64,000 nt of DNA, taken from positions 42,222,001 to 42,286,000 of the forward strand of contig NC_043001.1 in the NCBI RefSeq assembly GCF_006345805.1. The letters run 5' to 3'. Both the position numbers and the translations under genes were made by a program. The notes beneath the pieces are model-generated. The model saw nothing but the letters and a program-made list of their open reading frames with translations. It was not told the DNA's origin and ran no database searches. Shown piece after piece: positions 60,971 through 64,000 of the stretch (positions are counted from its first letter, which is position 1; each line of letters opens with the position of its first letter). The DNA comes from Octopus sinensis (Eukaryota).

Positions 60971-63279
60971 AACTTACTTTTTTACCCCCACCCCAGGAAA
61001 AGAAAAACAGAAAAAAGAACAGCAGAACTGTCTGCATATCTAACAAATTTATCATTGTTATATGAACTTTATCTCAGCATTTACTCTGCTTCCAATACAT
61101 TTTGTTTTTCTTTATTTTTTGCATTTGTGTTGGCATATTGTATTTCTATGTAAATTCGTTGTTTTATTATTTCATTCTTTTCGCTTTTACAGTAAAGAAC
61201 TAGGAGAAGACTACTGTCGTGGTTTGAACCCTAACCTCAAGATATTCAATCAGGCATCATGAGTGAGCCACCACAGTTTCATGTGATCCATCTATAAAAC
61301 GACCAATCAGCCTGAAGCTGTAACATGATATGGCTTTTTGGATGTTCTTGAATTTACCTTCTTTTCACTCCATAAAACTGTTTGGTGCCTAACCCCACAG
61401 GCAGAAGACTTCAGGCATTTGAGCAGACAGCTTTGGACCTTTACACAAGCTGATTCTGAACATACATATAATGTCCCATAAGTAGTTTCCTACAAGCACA
61501 GTGTGGTTTTCTTTTCTCCCAATTGACAATTCTACTATTAGCATCTTTCATTGTAAACAGCCAACACAAAATATGCCTCACAATAAATATTAAAGTTAAA
61601 GGCTCGTGAGTTTGCTTCAGTTATTATTTATACAGCCAGCACACCCCACATCACTACAATACAACACCAACAAGTACACTACAACAGTGGTGAGAAAGCC
61701 ATCCATTGTGACATAGTGATCCAGATGTTCACAATGCATCATCATAGACCATCTTGGCACAAGCAGCCCCATGACAAAAGCAAAGATCAATAGAAGTCAT
61801 TTAACAGAAATGTTAATCAGAACAACAAGAAATCTATTTTGTGGCTTCATTTCACATTTCTTTGCTAGCTGATGGATTCTGAAATAGAAGAATTCCTATG
61901 TGGTATTCAAAACCAATAAATAATAACACCTACTTGCAGTGTAGCACCAACAAAAATTGAGTAGATAGTACAATGTTAAAAAGATGTAGGTGTTGGTAAA
62001 GCTAGGAATGATGATGAAGTGCTTTATGTGGACTGGATTCTTGTTAATGAAGTCAATAAAGATTGCCAATCACTAAAGAAAAACTATTACACTTCATAGT
62101 ACTTTGGAGAATTTAATGAATTAGTTGGGGGCATATACATGGCAAGAATCCATTTCTAAAGCACCATTCTGAAGAGGTTCTTGAAGGCAGACAACTGCAA
62201 TAAGATGCTTATCATATCTGTTGGTGTAGGCTAAAATAATTGGGGCAAAAAAAAAAAAAAAAAAAACCCAATTCAACAGCACAGAATAAAGACTCACTCA
62301 AATTAAAACTTGCCTACAATGCTGACACTGAGACTCAAACTAAATCTGCATATTAGTATTTCTATAATATGTATTCTCAAGTACATGATTACCAAAGTAA
62401 GTTCCAGAATATGCAAGAGTACTGAGATACAAAGGGATAATATAGGTGTCATATAGAGTAGCAAAACATGTGAAAAGGTGTCAGAGTTCAAGGAGTTAAA
62501 CACTGATGTAATGAAGACAGAATTGTTATATAATATCTAGATCAGAGAGCCATCATTTTAGTTAAAACAAGCAGTAACATTAACACTTTGTCTAACATCT
62601 AATGTATTGACATAAAAATACCACAAAATTGGTAGTAGCTTCTTTATTGTTAACAGCATGCTTTTTTTCATTCATTATCCATTTCAGTTTGAAAATGTTG
62701 GATACTTGGTTAGGTTATCTTCGGTGTTGGTGGTATCATATAAAAAAAACCATAACACCCATCTCACATTAGCATGAGTACCTTTCATAATATTTGCATA
62801 ATTTTTTCCTTCTAAATTAATTGATGACAATGAATAATTACCATACAATTATATGTAAGTCAAAGCATTTTGTTCAGCAAATTAATAAGCAAAACAGATT
62901 GTTTTGTAATATAGATGCCATTTGTATATTTTGTTAATTTCAATAAGTCTAGTATGTTTATGACCCACTATGATCAATTCAATTATAAACAAAAACAAAT
63001 AAATATTTTGATTTTTTTCTCACATCCAATAAAAATAATCATTTTATAATTCTATTATTTCTTTTTTAGTTGAAATCTAAAAAAAATTCCAGTATAAGAT
63101 GTGAATTATACAAATAACCAAAAATGCATGCACACCAATGTGAGAGAAGTGCCAAATTTTATTATTTGGTTAAGATCAAAAATTAGCCTCAGTAGAGTAG
63201 AAAATAGTACTTAGCACACCTTACTAGAATCATTTGAAAAATAAGACAGCACAACTCATCTTATGGAATTACCACAGAA

Positions 63280-64000
63280 AACATAGTAGCTGGCATTACT
63301 GTTTACAGTCACTGCTGTATGCAAGTTCCCTGAATTTTCTTTACAATAATTTAGTCAATCATAATAATATTATAAATACAAATATTACAAGACAGCTTGG
63401 AGGAAATGTTAGTAATCATTCAAATCTACCAAGCAAAGACAAGCATATTGGAATCTCTGTGATTTTTAGTTTATAGCCATTGCTACAAGTAATTCAACAA
63501 TAATTACAGTGGCAGAAAGGCCACTGAAAATAATCATATTGTTCATTGAAATATTCTATAGAAAATGTTCATATAGAAAAGAAAACATACCACTGTGAAA
63601 TGTGTGATAAAATATTAGTTTCAAATTTTGGCATAAGGCCAGTAGCTTTGGAGTAGGGAAGAGTTGATTACATCAACTCCAGTGCTCAGCTGGTACTTAT
63701 TTTATCAACCTCAAAAGGATGAAAGGCAAAGCTGACCTCAGCAAAATTTGAACTCAGAATGTAAAGACAGACAAAAATACCACTAAGCATTTTGCCTGGT
63801 GTGCTCGCCACCTTATATGTGTGGTAAAATATTGCCAACTAATAGCATCTCACTATATTCCAAAGTATTTAGAAATAGATGCTACAGTGAAATTTGTGGG
63901 AAGCATTTACAGCAAGTAATCATTTATCTGTATATAAGAGACTGAAATGGAAAAGCCCGTAAAAATTATGTTATGGAAATCTTGTTTAGTAAACCATTTC
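63280..64000 (+). pseudogene. Third paralogous segment of the decayed ZNF region (matches about 58010-58520), runs off the window
   Basis: TTCTATAGAAAATGTTCATATAGAAAAGAAAACATACCACTGTGAAATGTGTGATAAAATATT identical in both. Confidence 0.75.
63617..63816 (-). mobile_element. tRNA-type SINE with 17-bp target-site duplication
   Basis: ATGTGTGATAAAATATT (63600-63616) and ATGTGTGGTAAAATATT (63817-63833); the empty site is present in the paralogue at 58338-58354. Confidence 0.9.

Overview
AT-rich, microsatellite-rich animal genomic DNA. The repeat content (RTE LINEs with (GAT)n tails, tRNA-type SINEs, decayed C2H2 zinc fingers) suggests an octopod cephalopod; this is an inference. The only clearly intact host gene is the 3' half of PEX19 (+ strand, four coding exons at 1303-3988, ending in the CaaX motif CSIM). 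The rest is a transposable-element graveyard: three RTE LINE copies, a decayed Penelope-like element (RT + GIY-YIG) nested in one of them, Helitron, mariner, Merlin, Sola2-like, CR1 and Gypsy remnants, many SINEs, and duplicated decayed ZNF segments at the right end. The most interesting signal is a set of seven type I hammerhead-ribozyme motifs read by eye, from about five unrelated sequence contexts. One at 31063-31138 is fully canonical. Five have their cleavage site 134-159 nt upstream of a (TA)n tract. Two related copies share the layout hammerhead - (TA)n - long palindrome - conserved tail, yet their palindromes are unrelated in sequence. One of these copies has a 467-bp unit with about 60 bp of terminal redundancy, which resembles a retrozyme or pLTR. 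All translations, alignments and folds were done by eye; repeat boundaries are approximate, and no database search was run.
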